Below are positions 17,957 to 26,201 of a stretch of 64,000 bases of DNA, in pieces. The notes under the pieces are model-generated. The model ran no database searches. It was not told the DNA's origin and saw only the letters and a list, made by a program, of their open reading frames with translations. Both the position numbers and the translations under genes were made by a program. The stretch spans positions 840 to 64,839 of the forward strand of contig JAJZVC010000010.1 of NCBI GenBank assembly GCA_021845865.1, in the 5' to 3' direction. The stretch is from Pseudomonadota bacterium (GTDB lineage Bacteria > Pseudomonadota > Gammaproteobacteria > Burkholderiales > UBA9220). The first letter of the stretch is position 1, and the number at the start of each line of letters is the position of its first letter.

Positions 17957-18797
17957 CGATGGTGGTGATCTTGCTGATGGCAAAGTAGCCCAGGGACTCC
18001 ATGACCACGATCACGCCCAGTACCGCCCAGCCGGTGTGGGTGGTGAAGAGGAGGCTCATGGCGTCGGGTTCCATGAAATAAAGAATGACGGCGAGAACCA
18101 CGGGCAGGAAGGTCATGACCATGCCCTGGAGCTTGCCTTGGGCGGTGAGGGAATGGATTTTCCCCTCCATCATGGCCTTGTTGCGCAGGATGTCGGCCTG
18201 GGTCTCCAGAATGTTCGCCAGGTTGCCGCCTACTTCGCGGGAGATGCGCATCCCTGCCGTCACCAGCTGGAAGTCGGGGTGGGAAATACGCGTGGCCATG
18301 TGTTCCAGGGCGGTATCGAAATCCAGGCCCATGCGCTGCTCCCTCTGGAACAGCTCGAACTCCTGGCTCAGGGGGGGGCGCTGCTCGTCCACTAGCTTTT
18401 CCAGGGACACGGCCATGCTGCTTCCCGCCCGCAGGCTGCTGGAAAGGGCCATGAGGGCGTCAGGAAGCTGGGTGATGAATTTCTTGAGGCGGGCTTGCTG
18501 CAGGCGGCGGTAGACCAAGCGCGGCAGGAACGCCACCAGGGCCATTGCCATGGCAGCCAGGGGCCAGGAACCCGTCAGGACCTTAATTGTCAGTGGAACA
18601 AGGGCCAGCAGTGCGAGGTTATAGTAAAAGATGCGCTGGGAGTCCACGAAAAGAAACATCTCTCCCAGGGTGTTGCTGGCCGTGTGGGTGAAGGCCTCCC
18701 GGTAGCGGCGCAGAAAGGCCGAGCCTCCCAGCAGGGCCACTGTCCCGATGAGGGTGCCGCCGACGAAGGCGAGCAGGATGATAGCCAGCTTGGTCAC
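17949..18797 (-). CDS. tadB: Tad pilus inner-membrane platform protein TadB (GspF-like)
   Basis: 282 codons from GTG 18795-18797 (GTGA overlap with ATPase stop): VTKLAIILLAFVGG...; T2SS-F-type domain. Confidence 0.85.
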   Translation of the reverse strand: MTKLAIILLAFVGGTLIGTVALLGGSAFLRRYREAFTHTASNTLGEMFLFVDSQRIFYYNLALLALVPLTIKVLTGSWPLAAMAMALVAFLPRLVYRRLQQARLKKFITQLPDALMALSSSLRAGSSMAVSLEKLVDEQRPPLSQEFELFQREQRMGLDFDTALEHMATRISHPDFQLVTAGMRISREVGGNLANILETQADILRNKAMMEGKIHSLTAQGKLQGMVMTFLPVVLAVILYFMEPDAMSLLFTTHTGWAVLGVIVVMESLGYFAISKITTIDV

Positions 18798-20467
18798 GCT
18801 GCGTTGCCCTCCGCGCGGAAGATGCTGAGGTCGGTCTGGATGCCTCGCTGGGAGAGGGTTTCGTAGAACTCGGGAATGGCGCCGGTGGCGACGAATTCTC
18901 CCTGCACCTTGCCGTCGGGACCATATCCCCGTTGGCGGAAGAGGAAGATGTCCTGGAGTTGGATGGTGCCGCTCTCGGTGCCGGTGATCTCGCTGATGTA
19001 GGTGATCTTGCGGCTGCCGCAGGCGAAGCGCGTCTGCTGCACGATGAGGTGTATGCCGGAGGCGATCTGCTCGCGGATGGCGGAGATGGGCATCTCCATG
19101 CCCGCCATCAGCACCATCACCTCGATGCGGGACAGGGCATCCCGGGGCGAGTTGGCGTGGACCGTGGTAAGGGAGCCGTCGTGGCCGGTGTTCATGGCCT
19201 GAAGCATGTCCAGGGCTTCGCCGCCGCGGCATTCGCCCACCACGATGCGGTCGGGGCGCATGCGCAGGCTGTTCTTCACCAGGTCGCGGATGGCGACCTC
19301 GCCCTTGCCCTCGGCGTTGGCGGGACGGGCCTCGAGGGAAACCAGGTTGGGCTGGTTGAGCTGCAGTTCCGCCGCGTCCTCGATGGTGACGATGCGCTCG
19401 GTGTGGGGGATGAAATTGGACAGCACGTTGAGGAAAGTGGTCTTGCCCGAGCCCGTGCCGCCGGAGACCACGATGCTGCGCCGCTGTTCCACGGCGACCT
19501 TGAGGAAACTCACCATGTTCTCGCTGATGGAGCCGAATTGCACCAGTTCCTCGATTTCCAGCCGGTGGCGGAAAAATTTCCGGATGGTAACGCTGGGCCC
19601 CTTCAAGGCCAGGGGCGGAATGATGGCATTGACCCGGGAACCGTCCTGCAAGCGGGCGTCCACCATGGGGGAGCTCTCGTCGATGCGCCGCCCCAGGGGG
19701 GAAACGATGCGTTCGATGACGGACATCACGGCTTCGTCGCTGGTGAAGGTGACGGGGGTGCGCTCCAGACGGCCTTTGCGTTCGACGAAGATCTCTTCGT
19801 GGCTGTTGACCATGATCTCGCTCACGCTGTCATCCGCCAGAAGGGGTTCCAGGGGGCCCAGGCCCACCGCTTCACTGAGTACCGACTGGGCGAGAAGACC
19901 GCGGTCCACGTCGGCTGGGAGTGTCATGCCAGCGAGGATGTCGTCGATCATCTGGCGGGTGAGGGTGCGTAGCTCATTCTCGCCCATGCGGCTCACGTCC
20001 ACCCGCTTGAGGTCCATCTGCTGGAGCAGGGCTTGGTGGACTTTCTGCTGCCACTGACCCAGTTCGGCCAGTTGGCTGGCATTGTAGGCGCCCTCATGTG
20101 GCGCTTCGGCCAGGGGCGGTGCAGTAGGGGCGGAAGGCGCGGTGACAGGTGCAGTTGCCTTCTGAGCGGCAGGGTCCTGGCCGTTGTCCAGATAGATGCG
20201 GTAACCCCCGGCTTGGATTTCATCGGCGGGGCCGAGGGGGCCTTGGCGGGAGATGCGCTCGCCGTTGACGAAGGTGCCGTCCACGGAGCCTGCGTCCTCC
20301 ACGAAGAGTTGGCCGTTTTCCTCGCTCACGGTGAAGTGGGTCAGCGCCGCCTTCTGGCCGAAGAGGGTGACGAGGTTGTCGGGGCCGCTGCCAGCAGTGA
20401 AGCGGTTGCCCGCGCAGGAAACGGTGCTGGCATCGCCCCGGGGCGGGACCACGCGAATCTTGATCAT
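18794..20467 (-). CDS. tadA: CpaF/TadA secretion ATPase with N-terminal FHA domain
   Basis: N-terminus has FHA signature (GSGPDNLVTL...THFTV...LFVEDAGSVDGTFVNGERI); C-terminal CpaF core with Walker A GGTGSGKTT. Confidence 0.9.
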   Translation of the reverse strand: MIKIRVVPPRGDASTVSCAGNRFTAGSGPDNLVTLFGQKAALTHFTVSEENGQLFVEDAGSVDGTFVNGERISRQGPLGPADEIQAGGYRIYLDNGQDPAAQKATAPVTAPSAPTAPPLAEAPHEGAYNASQLAELGQWQQKVHQALLQQMDLKRVDVSRMGENELRTLTRQMIDDILAGMTLPADVDRGLLAQSVLSEAVGLGPLEPLLADDSVSEIMVNSHEEIFVERKGRLERTPVTFTSDEAVMSVIERIVSPLGRRIDESSPMVDARLQDGSRVNAIIPPLALKGPSVTIRKFFRHRLEIEELVQFGSISENMVSFLKVAVEQRRSIVVSGGTGSGKTTFLNVLSNFIPHTERIVTIEDAAELQLNQPNLVSLEARPANAEGKGEVAIRDLVKNSLRMRPDRIVVGECRGGEALDMLQAMNTGHDGSLTTVHANSPRDALSRIEVMVLMAGMEMPISAIREQIASGIHLIVQQTRFACGSRKITYISEITGTESGTIQLQDIFLFRQRGYGPDGKVQGEFVATGAIPEFYETLSQRGIQTDLSIFRAEGNAA

Positions 20468-20472
20468 GGGGT

Positions 20473-21804
20473 TTACTCCGCCAGGTTGTCCTTGAGCAGC
20501 GCGTCGCGCTTCTGCTCCACCAGGGCCGCCCGGGCGTCCGCCTGGGGGTCGGTGGTGTTGCCCGCCTCGACGACGTGGGGTTCGACGAACACCACCAGTT
20601 CGGTGCGGTTGTTGCGGAATTCGCTGGAGCTGAATAGTGCCCCCAGCACCGGGATATCACCCAGGAAGGGGAGCTTGTTGATGTTGTTGGAGATGCTGGC
20701 GTCGATGAGGCCGGAGAGGGCGATGGGTTCGCCATCCTTGAGGTTGACCTCCGCGCTGGTACGGCGGGTGAGGAAGCCGGGGATACCCTGGACGGTCACC
20801 GAGTTGTCCACCGTGCTGACTTCGGTGTCCACCTTGATGAGGACATTGTTGTTGGCGTCGGTGACGGGTTTGAAGTTCAGCTTGATCCCGTAGTCCTTGA
20901 AGGTGACGTTGCTTTGGCCGGTGGTGTTGGTGGTGGGGATGGGAATCTGTCCACCCGCCAGGAACTCGGCCTGCCCGCCGCTGCGGGTGCTGAGGCGGGG
21001 AGAGGCCAGTTCCACGGCATCCCCGTTGGTTTCCATCAGGTTGAGGATGGAGGTGATATTGGTGCCCCAGCTGAGAAACTGGCGCGGTCCCGTGAGGCCC
21101 GGAACGGTGCTTTGGAAGCGGCCGATGCGCAGACCGAAGTTGGGGCCGGCGATGGCGGTACTGGTTTGGGGGGTGACCCAGTCAAAACCGATGCGCTCCA
21201 GGGCGGTTTTCTTGAACTCCATGATGCGCACATTTAGGAGGACCATCTTCTTCATGGTCATGTCGCTTTCCAGGGTGAGGTCCACCACCCGGGGGAAAGA
21301 CTTGGTAATGGAGGTGAGTTGGGGTTTCACCTTGGGGTCCACGGCGCCTTCCAGGAACACCTGGCCCCCCACTTGCCGCGCGGTGATGCCGCCGATGGGC
21401 TGGATAAGGGCGCGGATGTCGGACAGGACGCGGGCGGAATCGTTCTCCGAAACGTGAACGGCGAGCTGCATCTCCCGTCCGTCCTTGAGCCAGATGTGCA
21501 CGGTGGTATCGCCGGCGGCTTCCGCCATGAGGAGAAGCTGGTCGTTGGGCAGAATGGTGGAACTCAGGAGCTTGGCGTTGCCCATGGCGACCTTGGAAAC
21601 GGGGCGGATGGGCAGGACCCTCACTTCGCCCGCATACAGCTCAAGACGTTCCATGAGAATGGGCGGCTTCCTGGAAATTTCGGTCTTGGCAGGGACCTTG
21701 AGCGACTCTTTGGGTGTGTCCTTGGCGGGTTCAGCCAAGGCGGAGGCTGCGGCGAGAGCCAGGCAGGCGGCCAGAATCCGTGCCGGGGAGAGTCTTATCT
21801 TCAT
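20473..21804 (-). CDS. cpaC: Tad pilus secretin CpaC/RcpA
   Basis: Signal peptide, BON-like N-domain and secretin C-domain (...LPFLGDIPVLGALFSSSEFRNNRTELVVFVEPHVV). Confidence 0.9.
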   Translation of the reverse strand: MKIRLSPARILAACLALAAASALAEPAKDTPKESLKVPAKTEISRKPPILMERLELYAGEVRVLPIRPVSKVAMGNAKLLSSTILPNDQLLLMAEAAGDTTVHIWLKDGREMQLAVHVSENDSARVLSDIRALIQPIGGITARQVGGQVFLEGAVDPKVKPQLTSITKSFPRVVDLTLESDMTMKKMVLLNVRIMEFKKTALERIGFDWVTPQTSTAIAGPNFGLRIGRFQSTVPGLTGPRQFLSWGTNITSILNLMETNGDAVELASPRLSTRSGGQAEFLAGGQIPIPTTNTTGQSNVTFKDYGIKLNFKPVTDANNNVLIKVDTEVSTVDNSVTVQGIPGFLTRRTSAEVNLKDGEPIALSGLIDASISNNINKLPFLGDIPVLGALFSSSEFRNNRTELVVFVEPHVVEAGNTTDPQADARAALVEQKRDALLKDNLAE

Positions 21805-22775
21805 GGTTTGTCCTGTTTCTTGGTGTCGTTGCCGCTGGCTGCCGGGGAGGCGGATGCGGGTGGAGTGGTGGTGTGTGCCTTGGCCGGGGCGGGCGAGGAA
21901 ACGGCCGGCAGGTTCATGCTGATGGGGACCTGGATGGTGGTCGCCACGCCGGGTTGGCTGCCGGGCATGATGTAGCTCACGGTGTCGCCCAGGTTGAGGC
22001 TGTGGGTGAACAGTTGCTCCATTTGCAGGGGGGCGAGGGCGGCAACGTCGGCGTCATCCCCCCGGCCGCGCAGGATGGCGGTGAGGGAGCCCGTATCCCG
22101 GGCCAGTACCACGCGCTCTGCATCTTCGGGGGTCACGTCCAGGGTCACGGTGGCATAGCGCAGGCCGAATTTGTCACTGCCCTGTTGTACGCTCGCGGCA
22201 GCCGAGTACTGGCTGCCCGTGGCGATCACCTTCACGTTTTGCAGGAGGGGCAGCACCATGCTGCCGCTGCTTCCCCGGCTGCTCAGCATCAGGTCGATAC
22301 GGTCTCCGGGCATGAGCAGGCCGCTGAAGGAACTGACCTCGTCCACGTTGATGGTGATGGCCCGGCGGCCGTCCTTCAATTTGTCCGCCAAACCCGCCGC
22401 GCCGCCATCGGCGAGGTAGCTGAGAAGCAGTGGCTGCCCCTGCTCTAGGGGCTTGATAAGGACCTGGCCCTGGATCTTGTCGAAGTTGCCCGGCAGGATC
22501 GTCTCCGGATAGACATAATCTTTGGGTACCTGGCGAACGGCCATGTTGTTGTCGCCGACAGTGGTTCCGGCGGCCAGGGCGAACTTGGCCACCACCACGG
22601 GGACGAGGTCCTTTGTCTGTTCCGTGTGGACCTGCTCCCGCAGCTTGGTCTCTTCCTGCTCCAGATAGACATAGGCAAGGATACTGGCCAGTACCCCCAG
22701 CACTCCTCCAGCCACGGCAAGTACGAGGGTGCGGCGGGTGCGCATCAGTTCGGCAAAATCGGGGCGTGTGAGCAT
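21801..22775 (-). CDS. cpaB: Flp pilus assembly protein CpaB/RcpC
   Basis: 324 aa from ATG 22773-22775; N-terminal TM anchor then SAF/RcpC-type domains (VVVAKFALAAGTTV...GRRAITINVDEVSSFSGLLMPGDRIDL). Confidence 0.85.
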   Translation of the reverse strand: MLTRPDFAELMRTRRTLVLAVAGGVLGVLASILAYVYLEQEETKLREQVHTEQTKDLVPVVVAKFALAAGTTVGDNNMAVRQVPKDYVYPETILPGNFDKIQGQVLIKPLEQGQPLLLSYLADGGAAGLADKLKDGRRAITINVDEVSSFSGLLMPGDRIDLMLSSRGSSGSMVLPLLQNVKVIATGSQYSAAASVQQGSDKFGLRYATVTLDVTPEDAERVVLARDTGSLTAILRGRGDDADVAALAPLQMEQLFTHSLNLGDTVSYIMPGSQPGVATTIQVPISMNLPAVSSPAPAKAHTTTPPASASPAASGNDTKKQDKP

Positions 22776-22803
22776 GGTTCCCTGTCGCTTTTTTGAGTTT
22801 GAG

Positions 22804-23004
22804 TTATTTATTTGATGGCAATTCCGGTAACGCCATGGACGTGACATAACCCTGGTAATTCTGCTGGATGACGACGATCAGCTTGTTGATATAGGGCTGC
22901 CCCGTTTTGTCCTTCGCCAGCAGCGCCATGGCCACAAACATCACCACGATGACGTACTCGGTGTAAGATTGCCCGGAATTCCGCTTTATGTCCATCTTAA
23001 TCAT
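22804..23004 (-). CDS. Flp-like prepilin (second, divergent copy)
   Basis: 66 aa; KRNSGQSYTEYVIVVMFVAMALLA = G/xxxxEY Flp motif plus hydrophobic helix; ATGA overlap with upstream gene; about 49 percent G+C by hand count over 22801-23004. Confidence 0.6.
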   Translation of the reverse strand: MIKMDIKRNSGQSYTEYVIVVMFVAMALLAKDKTGQPYINKLIVVIQQNYQGYVTSMALPELPSNK

Positions 23005-23663
23005 CGCGTTACAATAGTCATGCCAATGGCGGTGCGGCTTCCCGAGGGGGCGAAGGCCAGGGAGAGTTCCTGGTTGTCCTTGCGCAGCACCATCTGGCGC
23101 CCGCCGTTGCGGGCCTTGCCTTCATTCACCAGGGTCCAGCCGTCCTTGCCCATGGATTCACGGTAATAGGAGGCGCTGGCGTCCACGGAGAGGGGGCAGA
23201 AGGCCACCAGGGTGCGGCCCTGGCGGTCTCCGTCGTTGCTCCGGATGTCGTTCACCACCTCGCTCCCCGGCGGGAGGGGCGCTCCCTGGCCCAAGAGGGG
23301 GCGGGGCGACATTTTGAGGGGGCGCTGGGAGAGGTAGCCTTCCGCCGTGTTCCCGGCGGCCGGGCGAACCTGTACCACGAGGAAGAAGTCCCCCTGGGCG
23401 CGGGAGATGTTGCGCCAGGGCCCCACGGTGTTCTCCACGTAGTTCTTCCAGCCAGTGTCGGTCCAGCGCTGGCGGTAATAGGCCAGCACCTGGGGGAGGG
23501 AGTTCTTGCTGTGGAAATACTGAATGCGCATGGGGACGCCGTTGTAGACCATGTCCTGGGCCACCCAGGAAACGGTGGATTGGGGTGGCGCTTCCATGGT
23601 CACCCAGGCCCGGGCGGCGGGGGCGGCGAGGAGAAGCAGAGCGGCGAGGAGAAGGGCTCTCAT
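23001..23663 (-). CDS. Secreted protein of unknown function inside the Tad operon
   Basis: 220 aa from ATG 23661-23663: signal peptide MRALLLAALLLLAAPAARA; two halves each with a YYR-x6-GW core. Confidence 0.6.
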   Translation of the reverse strand: MRALLLAALLLLAAPAARAWVTMEAPPQSTVSWVAQDMVYNGVPMRIQYFHSKNSLPQVLAYYRQRWTDTGWKNYVENTVGPWRNISRAQGDFFLVVQVRPAAGNTAEGYLSQRPLKMSPRPLLGQGAPLPPGSEVVNDIRSNDGDRQGRTLVAFCPLSVDASASYYRESMGKDGWTLVNEGKARNGGRQMVLRKDNQELSLAFAPSGSRTAIGMTIVTR

Positions 23664-24511
23664 GGGGCTTGCCGGTCCTTGGGGGCCTGGTCGGGGACGA
23701 TGCGGCCGTAATCCAGTCCCTTGAAGTCGGGGATCACGTCGCTCACGTAGCCCGTGAGCGTGCTGACCCAGCCGGAGAGGACGGTGGTCGGCACGAGATT
23801 GGCCACCTGGCAGAGCTCGGAGTGGGGGTCCTGCCCCGAGGTGCAGTGGTTGCCGCTGCCGGGGCCGGAAACCTGCCAAGCGTCGGTGATGATGACGTTG
23901 GGGCGGGGGATGATGGTGATGGGCGCCACGTAGAGGAGGGGTGGGATCATGCCGCTGCCGCCGGGACTACCTTGTTGGGCCACGTTGACGCTCATCGTGC
24001 TCGAGTACATGCCCTTGATGTTGACTTGGAACTGGCTTTTGTGCACGTCACCGAAGCTCTCGAGCCAGCCCGCGACGGTGTTGAACATGTTCACCAGGAA
24101 GTTGAAGACCGTGTTGTAGATGATCCCCGGCGATGTCTGGCCCTGGCCGCTTTCGGTCTGGGCGGTCACGTTGTCGTAGCTCGCCAGCATGGAGTTTCCA
24201 GAGGGGTCGGTCCACAGGGGATTGTACCGCGCGGGCGGGCCTGAACCGTCGGAGACGCTGAGGGGGGTGCCGGGAGCGGTGAAGATACGGTTGCGCACCT
24301 CGTTCTGCAGCGCCGTATTGCCCTTGGCGTTCGGTGTCCAGACGGTGCGCTCCCAGGCCACGTAGCGGCTGCCCTGGGCCGCGCTGTGGTTGATGTCCAT
24401 GTATTTTCCCAGGAGCGGGATGGCGAGGAAGATGGGGATGAGCACCAGGCAGACCACCAGGAATTCGGCCATGGCCTGCCCGTGCAGGGAAAAGGATGGC
24501 TTACGGTTCAT
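23660..24511 (-). CDS. TadE/TadF-like pseudopilin
   Basis: 283 aa from ATG 24509-24511; SLHGQAMAEFLVVCLVLIPIFL = G/xxxxEF motif plus hydrophobic helix. Confidence 0.7.
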   Translation of the reverse strand: MNRKPSFSLHGQAMAEFLVVCLVLIPIFLAIPLLGKYMDINHSAAQGSRYVAWERTVWTPNAKGNTALQNEVRNRIFTAPGTPLSVSDGSGPPARYNPLWTDPSGNSMLASYDNVTAQTESGQGQTSPGIIYNTVFNFLVNMFNTVAGWLESFGDVHKSQFQVNIKGMYSSTMSVNVAQQGSPGGSGMIPPLLYVAPITIIPRPNVIITDAWQVSGPGSGNHCTSGQDPHSELCQVANLVPTTVLSGWVSTLTGYVSDVIPDFKGLDYGRIVPDQAPKDRQAP

Positions 24512-26144
24512 AGGCGCTGAGTCCACTGGTGTTGGTGGAAGAGGGGGAGGGGTGGGATAGCAGTGACTTCCAGCCGAAGAGGGTTTCGTAGGCCTGGGAG
24601 CGCTCCTGGTCGGTGGTGTCGGCCAGGGTGGCCTCCCAGTAAGGGCTGAAGAGGTTGCTGTACTGCTTGTCGAGGGCGAAGTGCAGCTTGCCCTTGGAGA
24701 TGGCGTAGAGGGCGCTCGCATCGGGGGGCTCCTCAAGCCGCATGTTGTTCAGGCCGAAGGGTCCGAGCCCGTTGGCGGGCGCGCCAAAACCCGCCTGGGC
24801 GGCGGTGCGTGCCTTGGCCATGTCCTTGCTCACCACGATGGTGAGCTGGGGGCCATCGTTGTTTTGGGTGGATGGGTCACCGGGATTGCTGATGCCGTAA
24901 TAGGGCTTGAGGCCGATGGATGAGATGGATGCCTCGCCATACTCGCCCACCGCCATTTCGAATACATCCGCGGTCTCAGAGGGGGCGCCGCCATACGAGG
25001 AGGAATTGTTGTTGCTGTTGTAGATGTCCTCCCCCGGCGTGCCGTCACCGGGAGCATTGGCGTAGGCGGCGCCCCAGCCCAGGGGGACGGTGATGGACGG
25101 GTCGATGTTGAAGGGGAGGATGTTGCAGTAATCCCAGCCGCAGGGGTAGGGGATGCCGTGCCAGTGGCAGAATTGGACGCCGCAGATGACTTTCACCTTG
25201 ACGTGCACGGCGCCGTAGGCCCCCATGGTGTCCGCGGCGGACCAGGAGTACTGCTTGTTGACCTGTTTCAGTTCCGTGCCGCCGCGGCGGTTGACGCTTA
25301 GGTCGGCGCTGGCATCGATCTTCACCGGCAGGGGGATGTCGTTGATGATGTCCTGCGCCCACTTGGGGAGCCAGCTCAGGAGCCAGTCGGTGTTAAACAC
25401 CTCCCCGCCGAGCGTCCATCCACGGTTTTGGGCGAAGCTGTCGTTGGAGGCCCGGGTGACGTCGGCGAAGCGGCTCATTTCCGGCTGGCTGGCGTCGTAG
25501 CGGCTGGTGTATTTCCACCAGGCGCTGGCATCCTTGATGAGGATGCCGAGCCGGTAGAGATCCCCCGGGAGGTCGCTGCCGCTGCTCGGCCATTTCAAGA
25601 GTTTGGCATCCGGGTCGTTGAGGGCCAGTATCCCGGTCTGCACCGTGGAGCCGCTGTAGAGCAGGTTCTGGATGATGGCCTCCCCGTTGCCGTAGTGGAA
25701 CGTCTCTTCCAGGTCGGAGAGAGCACCCATCCAGTATCCCAGCACTTTGATGAGTGCAGGGAGGACGGAATCCACGAACACATCCTCGAAGCCGTTATAG
25801 GCACCGGCGAGGGCGTCGCAGACGGCGTCCAGGAAGGGGATGGGCTCGCACACGGCGGCGAGGTTGTCGATGACCTGGCCGGTGAAGCGGAACCAGGAGG
25901 CGAGGCCCACCATCTGGCTCACGGCGACCTGATTGGCGACCATGGCCCGATTCATGTAGGCGGTGAAGTTGTAATCCCGCGCGGCGATGGTGGCGACACT
26001 GTACGCCGTGGCGTCGGCGGTGTTTTGAAGCTCCATCTTGGAGCGGGTAAGCTGGGCGGTGTTGAAGAGGAGCAGCAATATAATGCCCACCACCATCAGG
26101 AGAATGGTGGCGAAGACCAGGGACTGGCCCCGTTGTCGAATCAC
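24501..26144 (-). CDS. TadG-like pilus-associated protein
   Basis: 547 aa, GTG start; N-terminus IRQRGQSLVFATILLMVVGIILLLLF typical of TadG/TadE-G-like N-terminal domain; large Cys-containing C-terminal region. Confidence 0.7.
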   Translation of the reverse strand: MIRQRGQSLVFATILLMVVGIILLLLFNTAQLTRSKMELQNTADATAYSVATIAARDYNFTAYMNRAMVANQVAVSQMVGLASWFRFTGQVIDNLAAVCEPIPFLDAVCDALAGAYNGFEDVFVDSVLPALIKVLGYWMGALSDLEETFHYGNGEAIIQNLLYSGSTVQTGILALNDPDAKLLKWPSSGSDLPGDLYRLGILIKDASAWWKYTSRYDASQPEMSRFADVTRASNDSFAQNRGWTLGGEVFNTDWLLSWLPKWAQDIINDIPLPVKIDASADLSVNRRGGTELKQVNKQYSWSAADTMGAYGAVHVKVKVICGVQFCHWHGIPYPCGWDYCNILPFNIDPSITVPLGWGAAYANAPGDGTPGEDIYNSNNNSSSYGGAPSETADVFEMAVGEYGEASISSIGLKPYYGISNPGDPSTQNNDGPQLTIVVSKDMAKARTAAQAGFGAPANGLGPFGLNNMRLEEPPDASALYAISKGKLHFALDKQYSNLFSPYWEATLADTTDQERSQAYETLFGWKSLLSHPSPSSTNTSGLSAYEP

Positions 26145-26173
26145 CGGAACCGTCCGGTCTGTTCCGCCCAGGC

Positions 26174-26197
26174 GGGGCCCCGGTCGGGGCCCCGGTC
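26174..26197 (-). repeat. Tandem 12-mer GGGGCCCCGGTC x2 (GC palindromes) between pilin and tadG-like genes
   Basis: Identical 12-mers at 26174-26185 and 26186-26197; each contains palindrome GGGGCCCC, allowing an 8-bp GC hairpin with 4-nt loop in the transcript. Confidence 0.8.
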
Positions 26198-26201
26198 GGA
26201 C

